A DNA stretch of 63,763 bases, counting the filler, from Bdellovibrionota bacterium (GTDB taxonomy: Bacteria > Bdellovibrionota > Bdellovibrionia > Bdellovibrionales > JAEYZS01), in assembly GCA_963169515.1 (NCBI GenBank). It is 3 parts of 3 records of this genome, joined end to end, with 100 filler letters (N's around TTAATTAATTAA, not from the genome) between each part and the next. Parts side by side here need not be neighbours in the genome. Positions count along the whole stretch, not along the records: positions 26,326 to 55,877 come from CAUJEF010000094.1; 2 more parts are not named here. One strand, given 5' to 3'. Position numbers and translations under genes: made by a program. The notes under the pieces were generated by a model that did no database searches, was not told the origin of the DNA, and saw only the letters and a program-made list of their open reading frames with translations. Below are positions 29,849-39,800 of this stretch, one piece after another (the stretch's first letter is position 1; every line of letters begins with the position of its first letter).

Positions 29849-31231
29849 ATGAAAAATAATGTTGCAGTTGTTGATGATGACCTTGAAATGGGTCGGTTGG
29901 TTAAGGACATTTTATCAGAAGAAGGGTTTAGTGTTTCTCAGTTCTCGTCAGCTGCGGACGCTTTAGTAAAATTCAAAAAAGATCCCCCCCATGTTTTAAT
30001 TACAGACCACAAGATGAAAGAAATTGATGGCATGATGTTTTTGCGAAAAGTGCGCACTGATTATCCTGATGTCGTTTCAATAATGATGACAGGGTTTGGC
30101 TCTATAGACACAGCGATTGAAGCGATGAAATTGGGAGCTTACCATTATATTGTAAAACCTTTCAATAATGAAGAAATGGTTCTTCTTGCCAAGCGGGCAA
30201 TGGAGAGGGCGAGACTTTCTAAAGAAAATACTATTCTAAGAAATGCTTTGAGTAAGAATTTTAGTCTTGAATCCATTATTGGAAAAAGTCCCGCAATGTT
30301 AGAGGTGTTTGAGATTATTAAAATGATCGCAACTGCCACGGCCAATGTACTTGTCTCGGGGGAGAGCGGTTCTGGAAAAGAACTTGTTGCTCGCGCTATT
30401 CACAATTCAGGCCCAAGGAAAGCAAATCCATTTATTCCTGTGAATGTGACGGCAATCCCAGAAACCCTTTTAGAGAGCGAACTTTTTGGCCATGTGAAAG
30501 GATCGTTCACTGGAGCTATCGGTGACAAGAAAGGTCTTTTTGAGGAGGCAAATCGTGGGACGCTATTTCTGGATGAGATTGGCGATTTGAATTTAAATCT
30601 ACAGGCTAAACTCTTGCGTGTGCTTCAGGACAAGCAAATTCGCCCCGTTGGCAGTAATCAGTTGAAACAAGTAGATGTCCGCATTATATCTGCAACCCAT
30701 CGTGATTTAAAAACAATGGTTAAAGACGGAAAGTTTCGTGAAGATTTGTTTTACCGTCTTAATGTTGTGCCGATTCGCGTTCCACCGTTACGTGAGCGTC
30801 GGGAAGACATTCCCATATTGGTCGATAATTTTATTATAAAATATGTGGCCCAAAATAATTCTCGCGTTAAAGGTATTTCGCCAGAGGCGTTAACCGTTCT
30901 GGTTGCACATCCATGGCCAGGAAACGTCAGGGAACTTGAAAATGTCATTGAAAGAGCCATTGTGCTTACACGTGGTGAAACGATAGAAAAGGATATAATT
31001 TTAGGTAGTGCACTAGAGGAAGCTAAAAATAGCATTGATGATCTGTATAAAGATACGCCGACGCTGGAAAGGCTTGAAGAACGTTATATTAAATCCATTC
31101 TGGCTCGCGTAGATTACAAAAAAGACGAGGCAGCAACCATTTTGGGGATCAGCCGACGCACCCTATATAGAAAAGAGCGCGCATACGGAATGGTGTCTGA
31201 GGACGTTCCCGAGCCGATCGAAGATGTGTAG
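29849..31231 (+). CDS. Sigma54-dependent response regulator (NtrC/AtoC family)
   Basis: REC domain (VVDDD, LITD), GESGSGKE, GSFTGA, LFLDEIG, FREDLFYRL, WPGNVREL, Fis-type HTH (LGISRRTLYRK); ATG 29849 preferred. Confidence 0.95.
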   Translation: MKNNVAVVDDDLEMGRLVKDILSEEGFSVSQFSSAADALVKFKKDPPHVLITDHKMKEIDGMMFLRKVRTDYPDVVSIMMTGFGSIDTAIEAMKLGAYHYIVKPFNNEEMVLLAKRAMERARLSKENTILRNALSKNFSLESIIGKSPAMLEVFEIIKMIATATANVLVSGESGSGKELVARAIHNSGPRKANPFIPVNVTAIPETLLESELFGHVKGSFTGAIGDKKGLFEEANRGTLFLDEIGDLNLNLQAKLLRVLQDKQIRPVGSNQLKQVDVRIISATHRDLKTMVKDGKFREDLFYRLNVVPIRVPPLRERREDIPILVDNFIIKYVAQNNSRVKGISPEALTVLVAHPWPGNVRELENVIERAIVLTRGETIEKDIILGSALEEAKNSIDDLYKDTPTLERLEERYIKSILARVDYKKDEAATILGISRRTLYRKERAYGMVSEDVPEPIEDV

Positions 31232-31258
31232 TCCAAATATCGAGAGTGAAAATCAAGC

Positions 31259-32710
31259 ATGAGTTTAGATGAATATAAAATTTTGTTAATTGATGACAAA
31301 AAAGATGAGTATATCAATATACGAAACTTATTATCGCAAATCGCAAGCGTTAAATACAGTTTAATTTGGGAATCTACGTATGAAGATGGCCTTCAGGCAT
31401 TAACAAGTGAGGGATTTGATGCCTGCCTTTTAGACTCTAATTTAGGTGAACGGACGGGATTGGAGCTTTTGCAGGAAGCCAGGGGACGCGGCATCAATAA
31501 TCCCGTTATTTTTCTTACGGAAAAAACTGACTTTGAAGTCGATGTTCAGGCAATGCAAGTGGGCGCATCAGATTATTTAGTAAAAACACAACTCACATCG
31601 CATCTGTTGGAGCGTTCGATTCGGTATGCCATTAAGCATGGATTCGACTTTCAACAGCTCCGTGAAAGCAATGATCGATTTAAGGTTCTTTTTAACTCAA
31701 CTTTTGCCGGTTTTTTTGTTTTGAAAAACGACATCATATTTGATGTGAATTCGCCGATGGAACCAATTTTTGGCTACAGAAGGGAAGAGATGACCGGTCT
31801 TTCGGTGCTTAGGTTTTTACACCCTGACTTTCATGATCCATTTATAAAAGGTTTGCGAAGTGAGGCGACCGTTGGTTCGGAGATGATTGGAATTAGGAAA
31901 GATGGACAAGATATTCCCTTGGAGCTTTCATCGCGCATTATTAATTTTAGAGGACAATCAATGCATCTCATTGCGATTCGGGATTTGACGGAGCGAAAGC
32001 AAATGGAAGCCCAAATTCTGCAGCAAGATCGTTTGGCGTCTCTTGGCTTGCTTGCGTCTGGCCTGGCACATGAGATTGGAACCCCCATGGGAGTCATCCG
32101 GGGGCGTGCTGAAATGGTAATAAAGAAAGTTGAAAATGAATTTGTCAAAGAGAATATGAATCTGATCGTGTCGCAGATTGATCGTATTTCAAAACTTGTT
32201 CACTCACTTCTTCATTTGGCTAGGAGTAGTGCGCCGAACACGGGTGCTTCTGTATCACTCAATCGCGTGGTTGAAAGCGTGCTGACTTTAGTCAGACACG
32301 AACTGGCGCAAAAGGACATTCCTATCGAAATAAAATTCCCTGGCGAATCTGTCGTGCGAGCTGAAGCCGGTCCGTTGGGGCAAGTTTTTTTAAATCTTCT
32401 GGTGAATTCCATACACGCCATTGAAGAGGCAAGGCGTAGCGGTAGAACTGGCGGCCATAAAATTTCTTTGAGCGTTGAAGAGCTGGATAAGAAAATAAAA
32501 ATATGTATTCAAGATTCAGGGTGTGGTATTCCAGAAAAAAACCTATCACAGATTTTTAAGCCATTTTTTACGACTAAAGACATTGGCTCTGGCACCGGCC
32601 TTGGGCTGGCAATTTCTTTTAAATTAGTGCAATCGTGGAATGGTAACATCGATGTTAAGAGTCAAGTGGGATCGGGATCGCTATTTACAGTTACTTTGCT
32701 TCGCCCTTAG
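31259..32710 (+). CDS. Cytoplasmic hybrid histidine kinase (REC-PAS-HisKA-HATPase)
   Basis: LLIDD/CLLD receiver, PAS region, [29 protein letters not shown]; no TM helices. Confidence 0.92.
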   Translation: MSLDEYKILLIDDKKDEYINIRNLLSQIASVKYSLIWESTYEDGLQALTSEGFDACLLDSNLGERTGLELLQEARGRGINNPVIFLTEKTDFEVDVQAMQVGASDYLVKTQLTSHLLERSIRYAIKHGFDFQQLRESNDRFKVLFNSTFAGFFVLKNDIIFDVNSPMEPIFGYRREEMTGLSVLRFLHPDFHDPFIKGLRSEATVGSEMIGIRKDGQDIPLELSSRIINFRGQSMHLIAIRDLTERKQMEAQILQQDRLASLGLLASGLAHEIGTPMGVIRGRAEMVIKKVENEFVKENMNLIVSQIDRISKLVHSLLHLARSSAPNTGASVSLNRVVESVLTLVRHELAQKDIPIEIKFPGESVVRAEAGPLGQVFLNLLVNSIHAIEEARRSGRTGGHKISLSVEELDKKIKICIQDSGCGIPEKNLSQIFKPFFTTKDIGSGTGLGLAISFKLVQSWNGNIDVKSQVGSGSLFTVTLLRP

Positions 32711-32737
32711 CCGGGCAAGTGTAAAGGAAGGAAATAT

Positions 32738-33463
32738 TTGATGTCTTTGAAGTTTCTTAGAGAAGAACAAGAGTTTCTACGTGGTCCTCAGAAGCGGACA
32801 CGTGAGCTATTGCGTGCAGTTCGAATATTTTTTGAGTGTATAAGGGGATTTCGATTTCTTCATTTTGTTGGTCCATGCGTAACTGTGTATGGCTCAGCTC
32901 GATTTGATGAAAACCACAGTTACTATCGAATAGTTAGAGAGCTGGGACAAAAACTTGCTCAAAAGGGTTTCACAGTTTTGACGGGCGGTGGGCCAGGTTT
33001 AATGGAAGCCGCTAATCGGGGTGCAAAAGATATGAATGGGGTATCCATTGGATGCAATATCACATTGCCTCATGAGCAAAAGCCTAACCCCTATCTCGAT
33101 CGATGGATTCAATTTAGGTATTTCTTCGTGCGAAAATTTATGCTCGCAAAATACTCTTATGCGTTCGTTGCAGCACCCGGCGGTTATGGCACGCTGGATG
33201 AATTTTATGAAATTATGACTTTGATTCAAACTCGAAAAATGAAGAACTTCACTGTTGTTCTTTTGGGAACTGAATACTGGCAGCCTATGTTGGATTTTCT
33301 AAAAAATACAATACTCAAAGCTAATGCTATAGACTCGGCAGATATTGATTTAATCATAGTAAATGATTCTCCGGAAGAAATAGCAAAAATTATCCAAGAG
33401 CGAGCAGTTGATGAGTTTGGTTTGAGATATGGGCCAAAGCGTCGACGTGTTCTTTTCGAATAA
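32738..33463 (+). CDS. LOG family (TIGR00730-type) nucleotide phosphoribohydrolase
   Basis: VTVYGSAR, TGGGPGLMEAANRGA, FFVRK, PGGYGTLDE. Confidence 0.92.
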   Translation: MMSLKFLREEQEFLRGPQKRTRELLRAVRIFFECIRGFRFLHFVGPCVTVYGSARFDENHSYYRIVRELGQKLAQKGFTVLTGGGPGLMEAANRGAKDMNGVSIGCNITLPHEQKPNPYLDRWIQFRYFFVRKFMLAKYSYAFVAAPGGYGTLDEFYEIMTLIQTRKMKNFTVVLLGTEYWQPMLDFLKNTILKANAIDSADIDLIIVNDSPEEIAKIIQERAVDEFGLRYGPKRRRVLFE

Positions 33464-33560
33464 GTCTCAACACCATTGTCAAAGTGGCAGAAGGTTTTGC
33501 CAGACTTTCCCAAATTGATAAATAAACTCATATGAAACCGTATAGAATAGGCATTGAGTT

Positions 33561-33576
33561 TGGCACACATAATGCT
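33561..33576 (+). promoter_or_regulatory. Sigma54 -24/-12 promoter of gene 33629
   Basis: TGGCACACATAATGCT (GG-N10-GC). Confidence 0.7.
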
Positions 33577-33628
33577 TTATCGGAAATTGATCTGAAATAA
33601 AAATTTGCTTCAGTGAAAGGGGGCATAC

Positions 33629-34354
33629 GTGAAAACGATATTTTTGGTGTTATTTGTTTTAATGGCAGCTTCGATCAAGGGTTATGCGGGAAATGATCCA
33701 TTTCTTCCCAAAACGGTTGACGTTGCAATTGGACATGCATACATCCCACAAGGGTTTGATAGCAATGATCGAACACAATTTGTAATTGAAGGATATTTGC
33801 CAAATACATGTTACCGTCTAGCGGAAACTGAGACAAAATATGACGAGTTAAAAAAGACGCTCGTGGTTAAGCAAAAAGCTTACCTTTATAATGGCCTTTG
33901 CCTGCAGGTAATAGTTCCATTTAACCGAACAGTGGAGTTCGGCATTCTTGGTTCTGGATCTTACAATGTTAAAGATGGTTATACAGAACAGGCGTTAGGT
34001 CGCCTTCCTATTGCGCCATCTTTAAATTCAGGTCCAGACGATGACTTTTATGCGATGGTTGACGAGGTGCAGATGGGTGTGATCGACAATCAAGCAGCTA
34101 TTTTAGTTCGAGGAAACGTACCAGGTAGTTGTTGGTACATCAAAGAGGTAAAGCTAGTCATTGAAAGCGACGATGTTATTACGGTTCTCCCAGTTATGGG
34201 CTACGATCACAATTCTCCTGTTTTATGCACACGAGAGAACACTCCGTTTTCAAGTAGCGTGAAGTTGCCGACAAATTTAAACAAGGGGCGCTATCTTGTT
34301 CAAGTAAGGTCTTTAAGCGGTCAATCTGTTAATAAAATCTACGACTTAAAGTGA
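33629..34354 (+). CDS. Secreted two-repeat Cys-pair beta protein of unknown function
   Basis: Signal peptide; repeats GYLPNTCY...CLQVIVPF...SGSYNV and GNVPGSCW...CTRENTPF...KGRYLV. Confidence 0.7.
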   Translation: MKTIFLVLFVLMAASIKGYAGNDPFLPKTVDVAIGHAYIPQGFDSNDRTQFVIEGYLPNTCYRLAETETKYDELKKTLVVKQKAYLYNGLCLQVIVPFNRTVEFGILGSGSYNVKDGYTEQALGRLPIAPSLNSGPDDDFYAMVDEVQMGVIDNQAAILVRGNVPGSCWYIKEVKLVIESDDVITVLPVMGYDHNSPVLCTRENTPFSSSVKLPTNLNKGRYLVQVRSLSGQSVNKIYDLK

Positions 34355-34357
34355 TGG

Positions 34358-34386
34358 TATGGGGGGGCAGACCCCCGCCCCCCATA
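34358..34386. terminator. GC-rich hairpin between convergent genes
   Basis: TATGGGGGGGC...GCCCCCCATA. Confidence 0.55.
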
Positions 34387-34391
34387 TCGGC

Positions 34392-35540
34392 CTATTTCCC
34401 GTTAATCTTGTCACTCATAGTTTTTAATTCGCGTTGAACATCATCAGGAATATCAGTGCCCGCCGAACCAGTAAATGAACTGGTGATAATGTCCTCATAT
34501 TTCAAAAAACATTTTTTTGCGATCTTAGAAGTGGGATATTTAATGACACATTCCTTTAAATAAAGTTCTGCAAGGGAATAAAAGAAGTTATTATTTAACT
34601 CGTGATCGCAGATGGCTAGGTAATAGAGTATCTCTGGCGTAATTTTTGTTATTGGATGGGTTGCCATGTAGTCATAAAGAACACCGGACACTCGCAAATA
34701 GGTCACAGAGCGAGGGCTTTCAGATTCTTGGAGCTTATCCCAAACATCCTTTTTCATCTGCTTTTCTATAAACTTAAGGATCTCTGAATCTGTGAGCTTT
34801 GTAACATCTACATCTTTTTCTTTCTTCCACTCGTTAAATAAAGCGATCCATGATTCTATATTTTTATGTAAATATTTAGGAATATTTTTATTTTTAAGAT
34901 CCTTTTCAAGTGCTTGTATTGCCACGGCAGGATCTCTTTTTATGCGCGCAAAAATTGCCACCTTCCTTTTTAAAGACGTTTCTAGTTTTTCCACTGGAAG
35001 TTTGTTTGTTGGAAAATTGTCTATCAATTCTGTGTACATTGGGAGTGCTTTGTCATAATTTCTTAAGACAAATCGAAGCTCTGCTTGGTCGTACTTTTCT
35101 TTAAAGTTATTTTGCCTGAAAAGATCATCGAAAGGCTGATTTGCTTTGGAAACTTGCGCGTGACAAGACATACAGATGGACAAGCTCGAGTTAACCATCC
35201 AGCGGGCGTAGCTCTTGTGACCAGAATTGAAAGCGTTCTCAGCATCAGCAAATTGCGTCGCCAATACCTCACCAGAAATTTTCATTATTGGATTTTTAAG
35301 TTCGTGCTGCTGTGTAGCCGTTTTCACAGACTGGGTTGTATCTTTGAGGAGCTGTTTGATCTCGGCCTCATGTTCTTTCTTTTTAAACTCGTCCTCTGAC
35401 AGGCTATATTTTGTTATTCGCGCAAGATTAGAAAAAATTCTATCCATTAGCCCCTGGACACTGGTCTTGCCACCTTCGATCTGTGCCCATAATATAACCG
35501 GAATTGTAGCGGTAATGACTCCTATTGCAAGGTGCCTCAT
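34392..35540 (-). CDS. Exported monoheme c-type cytochrome with TPR-like helical repeats (paralog B)
   Basis: ATG 35540 with AGGAG RBS, signal peptide, CMSCH; shares many motifs with 27502-28632. Confidence 0.72.
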   Translation of the reverse strand: MRHLAIGVITATIPVILWAQIEGGKTSVQGLMDRIFSNLARITKYSLSEDEFKKKEHEAEIKQLLKDTTQSVKTATQQHELKNPIMKISGEVLATQFADAENAFNSGHKSYARWMVNSSLSICMSCHAQVSKANQPFDDLFRQNNFKEKYDQAELRFVLRNYDKALPMYTELIDNFPTNKLPVEKLETSLKRKVAIFARIKRDPAVAIQALEKDLKNKNIPKYLHKNIESWIALFNEWKKEKDVDVTKLTDSEILKFIEKQMKKDVWDKLQESESPRSVTYLRVSGVLYDYMATHPITKITPEILYYLAICDHELNNNFFYSLAELYLKECVIKYPTSKIAKKCFLKYEDIITSSFTGSAGTDIPDDVQRELKTMSDKINGK

Positions 35541-35580
35541 GATAACTCCTTTGTTGTTCATTAATACAGTAACCATCAGA

Positions 35581-35596
35581 GGCAACGATGATGCCA
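35581..35596 (-). promoter_or_regulatory. Sigma54 -24/-12 promoter of monoheme paralog B
   Basis: Minus strand TGGCATCATCGTTGCC (GG-N10-GC). Confidence 0.7.
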
Positions 35597-35833
35597 TCGC
35601 CGATGCTTTCTATATTTTAAACAGCGCGAGTTATGTGACAGGTCGGCTTGGAAGTTTGTCAATTTGTCTCATTACTGCATTAGATCCCACATATTCGTTT
35701 TCCCTTTGGCTCAAATATTGAAATCACATGCTAACAAATCATTTCTTCCGGGGTGTGCGTGGTTTCAGGGCAAGGTGCGGGACTAGCAATAGATGTCGCA
35801 AACACAGTTTTAGAATTAAGTAGACGGTGGTTA

Positions 35834-36565
35834 ATGGCTCGCGAGGCTGCCTTTAAAAAGATATTTTTAAAAAGCAAGCCAGAAAGTGAATTTTTAACAC
35901 AGCTTGGTTGCATCGAAGAAGACCAGTTCGAAGATTTTTTGAAGTCAATATTTCTTAACTCTAGAAATCTTGGGTTGAGCTACCAAAAAGCTAAAAGTTT
36001 AACATGGGAGAAAAATGACTTTGCAACATTTGCGGCAGAGTTGGGATCCCCTTGTCTAATGGGTGTTTGGAGGCAAAAGACATCGGCGCATATTCTTAGC
36101 CGTGATGGTTGCAGTGGTGGAACATCAATGGGACAGCGATATTGCCGCTATTGGCGTGAAGCCATAGATGGATTTGTCGTCGGAATCAGCGATGCGGTCG
36201 GTTTTGTCAGGAATAGCTCTGCCAATTTCGGTGATGATAAGTGTGTGGATGTATTTTTTGATGAAGAGTTAAGCCCAACTGACGCTATTTGGGAGAACCC
36301 CAATAAATGGGGTGCCCTGCCAAAAAATATAAAAGAGGACCTTGACCTAATCCAGATAAAATTCAGTGAGATGAAGGTAGACCTCAAGTTTTTAGGACTA
36401 TCTGAGGGAAATCTTTTATATAAATTGGAGCCTAAGGAAAACTTAACTTGTGGTTCTGCAGGGAATATTTACCGCACGTATCTTGAAAAATTAGTTAAAG
36501 AAAAGTTTCCACTTTATAATCTCAAAGATGCCAGTCCCGTGGCGGTTTACGGGGAGCGTGCGTAA
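35834..36565 (+). CDS. Cys-containing protein, V4R-like domain plus degenerate NifU-C-like domain; first gene of the oxidoreductase operon
   Basis: LSRDGC...YCRYWREAIDG...FGDDKCVDVF; C-terminal DLKFLGLSEGNLLYKL...TCGS...LEKLVKEKFP; coupled to the next gene (TAATG). Domain calls are by eye. Confidence 0.55.
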   Translation: MAREAAFKKIFLKSKPESEFLTQLGCIEEDQFEDFLKSIFLNSRNLGLSYQKAKSLTWEKNDFATFAAELGSPCLMGVWRQKTSAHILSRDGCSGGTSMGQRYCRYWREAIDGFVVGISDAVGFVRNSSANFGDDKCVDVFFDEELSPTDAIWENPNKWGALPKNIKEDLDLIQIKFSEMKVDLKFLGLSEGNLLYKLEPKENLTCGSAGNIYRTYLEKLVKEKFPLYNLKDASPVAVYGERA

Positions 36566-36885
36566 TGGTTGTTTCAAGGCGTAATTTCTTCAAAGCTATG
36601 ATCTCAATGGCAGAACAAAAAAAATCGGCTGATGTGGATCAAGACATTGTTATCTTAGGCCACTTAACTTCTTTTCCGGTTCATTCGTCCACAAGAATTG
36701 AGCTGCTGGATACAGACTTTCTAGTGGAATCTCTTCCCGAAGGCATTCGTCTTAAAGATCCATATACGAATAAGAATTTAAAGCTGTCTTTGGGTAGCAA
36801 CGGGTTTATTCAGGCGCATATAAATGAGTTTTGGCCGTCATCAGCTGTGTTATCAATACTTACGGGTGAAATATCCAACATATGA
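36565..36885 (+). CDS. Small protein with twin-arginine-like motif and Rieske-like scaffold lacking cluster ligands
   Basis: SRRNFFK; LGHLTSFPVHSSTRIEL..FLVESLPEGIRL; no Cys; its stop overlaps the alpha-subunit RBS. Confidence 0.5.
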   Translation: MVVSRRNFFKAMISMAEQKKSADVDQDIVILGHLTSFPVHSSTRIELLDTDFLVESLPEGIRLKDPYTNKNLKLSLGSNGFIQAHINEFWPSSAVLSILTGEISNI

Positions 36886-36895
36886 GGAGCTTTAT

Positions 36896-39800
36896 ATGTC
36901 AGATAAAAAAAACAAATTAAGCCGAAGGGCATTTTTGAAGGGGTCTGCTGCTGGAGCAACAATTTTAGCAAGCACGCAAGTTTTTTCTGGTCCTTTGAAA
37001 TACTTTAAACCAACTGTTATTGATAATCCATTAGCTCAGTATCCGAACAGAGACTGGGAAAAAGTGTACCGCGATATCTTCAAGACAGATGGTGAATATC
37101 ACTTTTTATGCGCTCCCAACGATACGCATAATTGCTTGCTTCGAGCATACACCAAAAATGGTGTTGCTTTACGGATTGGTCCATCATTTGGATACGGTAA
37201 GGCAAAGGACTTATATGGCAATCAGTCCTCACATCGCTGGGACCCTCGTATTTGTCAAAAAGGACTGGCGCTGGTTAGACGAGTTTATGGCGACAGGCGT
37301 GTGAAAGCTCCGATGGTTCGACGAGGATTTAAAGATTGGGTTGATGCGGGATTTCCTAGAAATGAAAAGACTGGAGAACCTGAATCTAAGTATTTTCAAC
37401 GTGGTAAAGATAAATGGCTTCGCGTTAGTTGGGATGAAATAAATAAAATAACGGCAAAGGCAGCCGAAAATATTGCAAAAACTTATAATGGAAAGCGTGG
37501 TGAAGAATATCTTCGTGCTCAAGGGTATGACGAAGAAATGGTCCGTGCGATGGAGGGTGCAGGGGTCCAAACTTTTAAATTGAGGGGAGGGATGGCTTTC
37601 CTCGGATCAACTAGATTATTTGGTTTGTATCGATTTGCAAATTTGTTAGCCCTTATGGACTCAAAAATTCGAAATGTCGGGCCAGATAAAGCAATTTCAG
37701 CTAGAGGATGGGATTCATACAGTTGGCACACTGATTTGCCACCGGGGCATCCTATGGTTACTGGCGCACAGACGAATGACTTTGATCTGTTTTCAACCGA
37801 GTACGCCAACCTGATTGTCCCTTGGGGCATGAACTGGATTACTACAAAGATGCCAGATTCGCACTGGATGACTGAAGCGAGACTAAAAGGTGCAAAGATT
37901 GCAGCCGTTACTGTTGAATACAGTGCAACAGCATCGAAGTGCGATGAAGTTGCCATTATTCGCCCTGGATCTGATCCGGCCTTTGCGCTTGGTTTGGCAC
38001 AGGTTATTATTAAGAAGAATCTACATGATAAAGATTGGATCTCTAAAAACACAGACCTGCCCTTTTTGATTCGTATGGATACTCTTCTGCCGCTTCGCCC
38101 TCAGGATGTAATCGAAGGGTACAAGGCTCCAGAATTATCGAGTATCAAATTTCTAAAAAAAGGGGAGAAGCTAGCTTATGGAAATAAAAAGCAACAATCG
38201 GCGCCAGAAAAAATGAGGGACGATTTTCAACCATATGTTATTTTTGATAAAAATGGACAATTGATCCCAGTAACGCGAGATGATTTTGGTCCTAATTTTG
38301 AAAAGCTAGGCGTTGCGCCAAAACTAAGCGCGAGTGCTTCGATTAGGTTGCTTAATGGAAAATTAGTGAAAGTTCGTTCAAGCTTTCATTTGATGGAAGA
38401 GTATTTAAATAAGAATTTCACGCCAGAAAAGACAAGCGCTATCACTGGATGTCCAGAAAATGGGATTATAAAGTATGCCGAAATGATCGCCGCTAATAAA
38501 GAAAAAACATTATTTGCGGTCGGCATGGGGCCGAACCAGTTTTTTAATGCCGATTTGAAAGATAGGGCGATATTTTTAGTGGCGGCACTGACCAGGAACG
38601 TGGGTTTTCCGGGAGGTAATGTTGGAAGTTATGCAGGTAACTATCGCGCGGCTATTATTGACGGGCAACCGGTCTATACCTTCGAGGATCCGTTTAATCT
38701 CAACCTGGATAGGGGTGGCAAACCAACGATAAAAAAATACCTACATTACGAATCCCTTCACTATTTCAATTACGGTCAAAGGCCGAATAAGCATGGGGAT
38801 AAAATGTTTACGGGAGCGGGCCATATGCCAACCCCAACGAAGTTCATGTGGAACAATAATTCCAATTCGACGATTGGAAATGTTAAGTGGCACTATGATG
38901 TCGTAATGAATACTTTGCCTAAAGTTGAGTTTATTGCATATTCTGATTGGTGGTGGACTGGGTCATGCGAATACGCAGACGTTGTTTATGCCGTCGATAG
39001 TTGGGCTGAAACGAAAGTACCTGATATGACAGGGTCCTGTACAAATCCATTTGTTCAAATATTCCCAGAAACTCCTTTACCAAGGATTTTTGATACCAAA
39101 TCAGATCTTGAAATCATTGCCGGTGTAGCAAGGGCCATTGGCGACCAGATCGGTGAGCCTAGGTTAAAAGATGGATTTAAGTTCGTTTGGGACGGAAATG
39201 TAGAAGAATATTTACAGCGCATTATAAATGCATCGGATTCGCTGAAAGGCTACAAATTTAAAGATCTCCACGATAAGGCCAAGCAAGGTATTCCTGCCCT
39301 TATGAATATGAGAACTTACCCTCGGGCATCTTCTTATGAGCAGGCCAAGGGTGAAGACCCATGGCACACGAAATCAGGACGATTGGAGTTTTATCGATTT
39401 GAGCCCGAATTTATAGAGCACGGAGAAAATTTAGTAGTTTACCGGGAACCGGTTGATTCTACTCACTATGAGCCCAATGTCATTTTAGCTGAAAAACACG
39501 AGGCAATACGGCCAACGAAACCGGAAGATTGGGGCTTTTCTTCAAAAGATCTTTCCAGTGAAACTCGGCAAGTTCGAAACATAGTTATGAGTGGTGATAA
39601 AGTATTAAAATCAAAACACCCGCTCAAGCTTAAGCTTCAATTCTCACATGTTTATCATACTCCTAAATATCGGCATGGGGCTCACTCAACTCCAATTGAT
39701 ACCGATTTCAGCTCTGTCTTTTTTGGACCATTTGGAGATGTCTATCGTCATGACAAAAGACTTCCTTTTGTCACTGAGGGCTATGTTGATATTAATCCGT

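Noticed and set aside
35597..35833. FNR/Crp box or canonical sigma54 promoter for the oxidoreductase operon
   Set aside because: No TTGAT-N4-ATCAA or TGTGA-N6-TCACA was found. A GG-N10-GC at 35774-35787 lacks the TGGCA/TTGC context and is too weak to call.
36824..36895. ORF-track start for the alpha subunit at 36824
   Set aside because: ATG 36896 has a GAGGAG RBS and places the Tat motif at the N-terminus. The extension overlaps the upstream gene.
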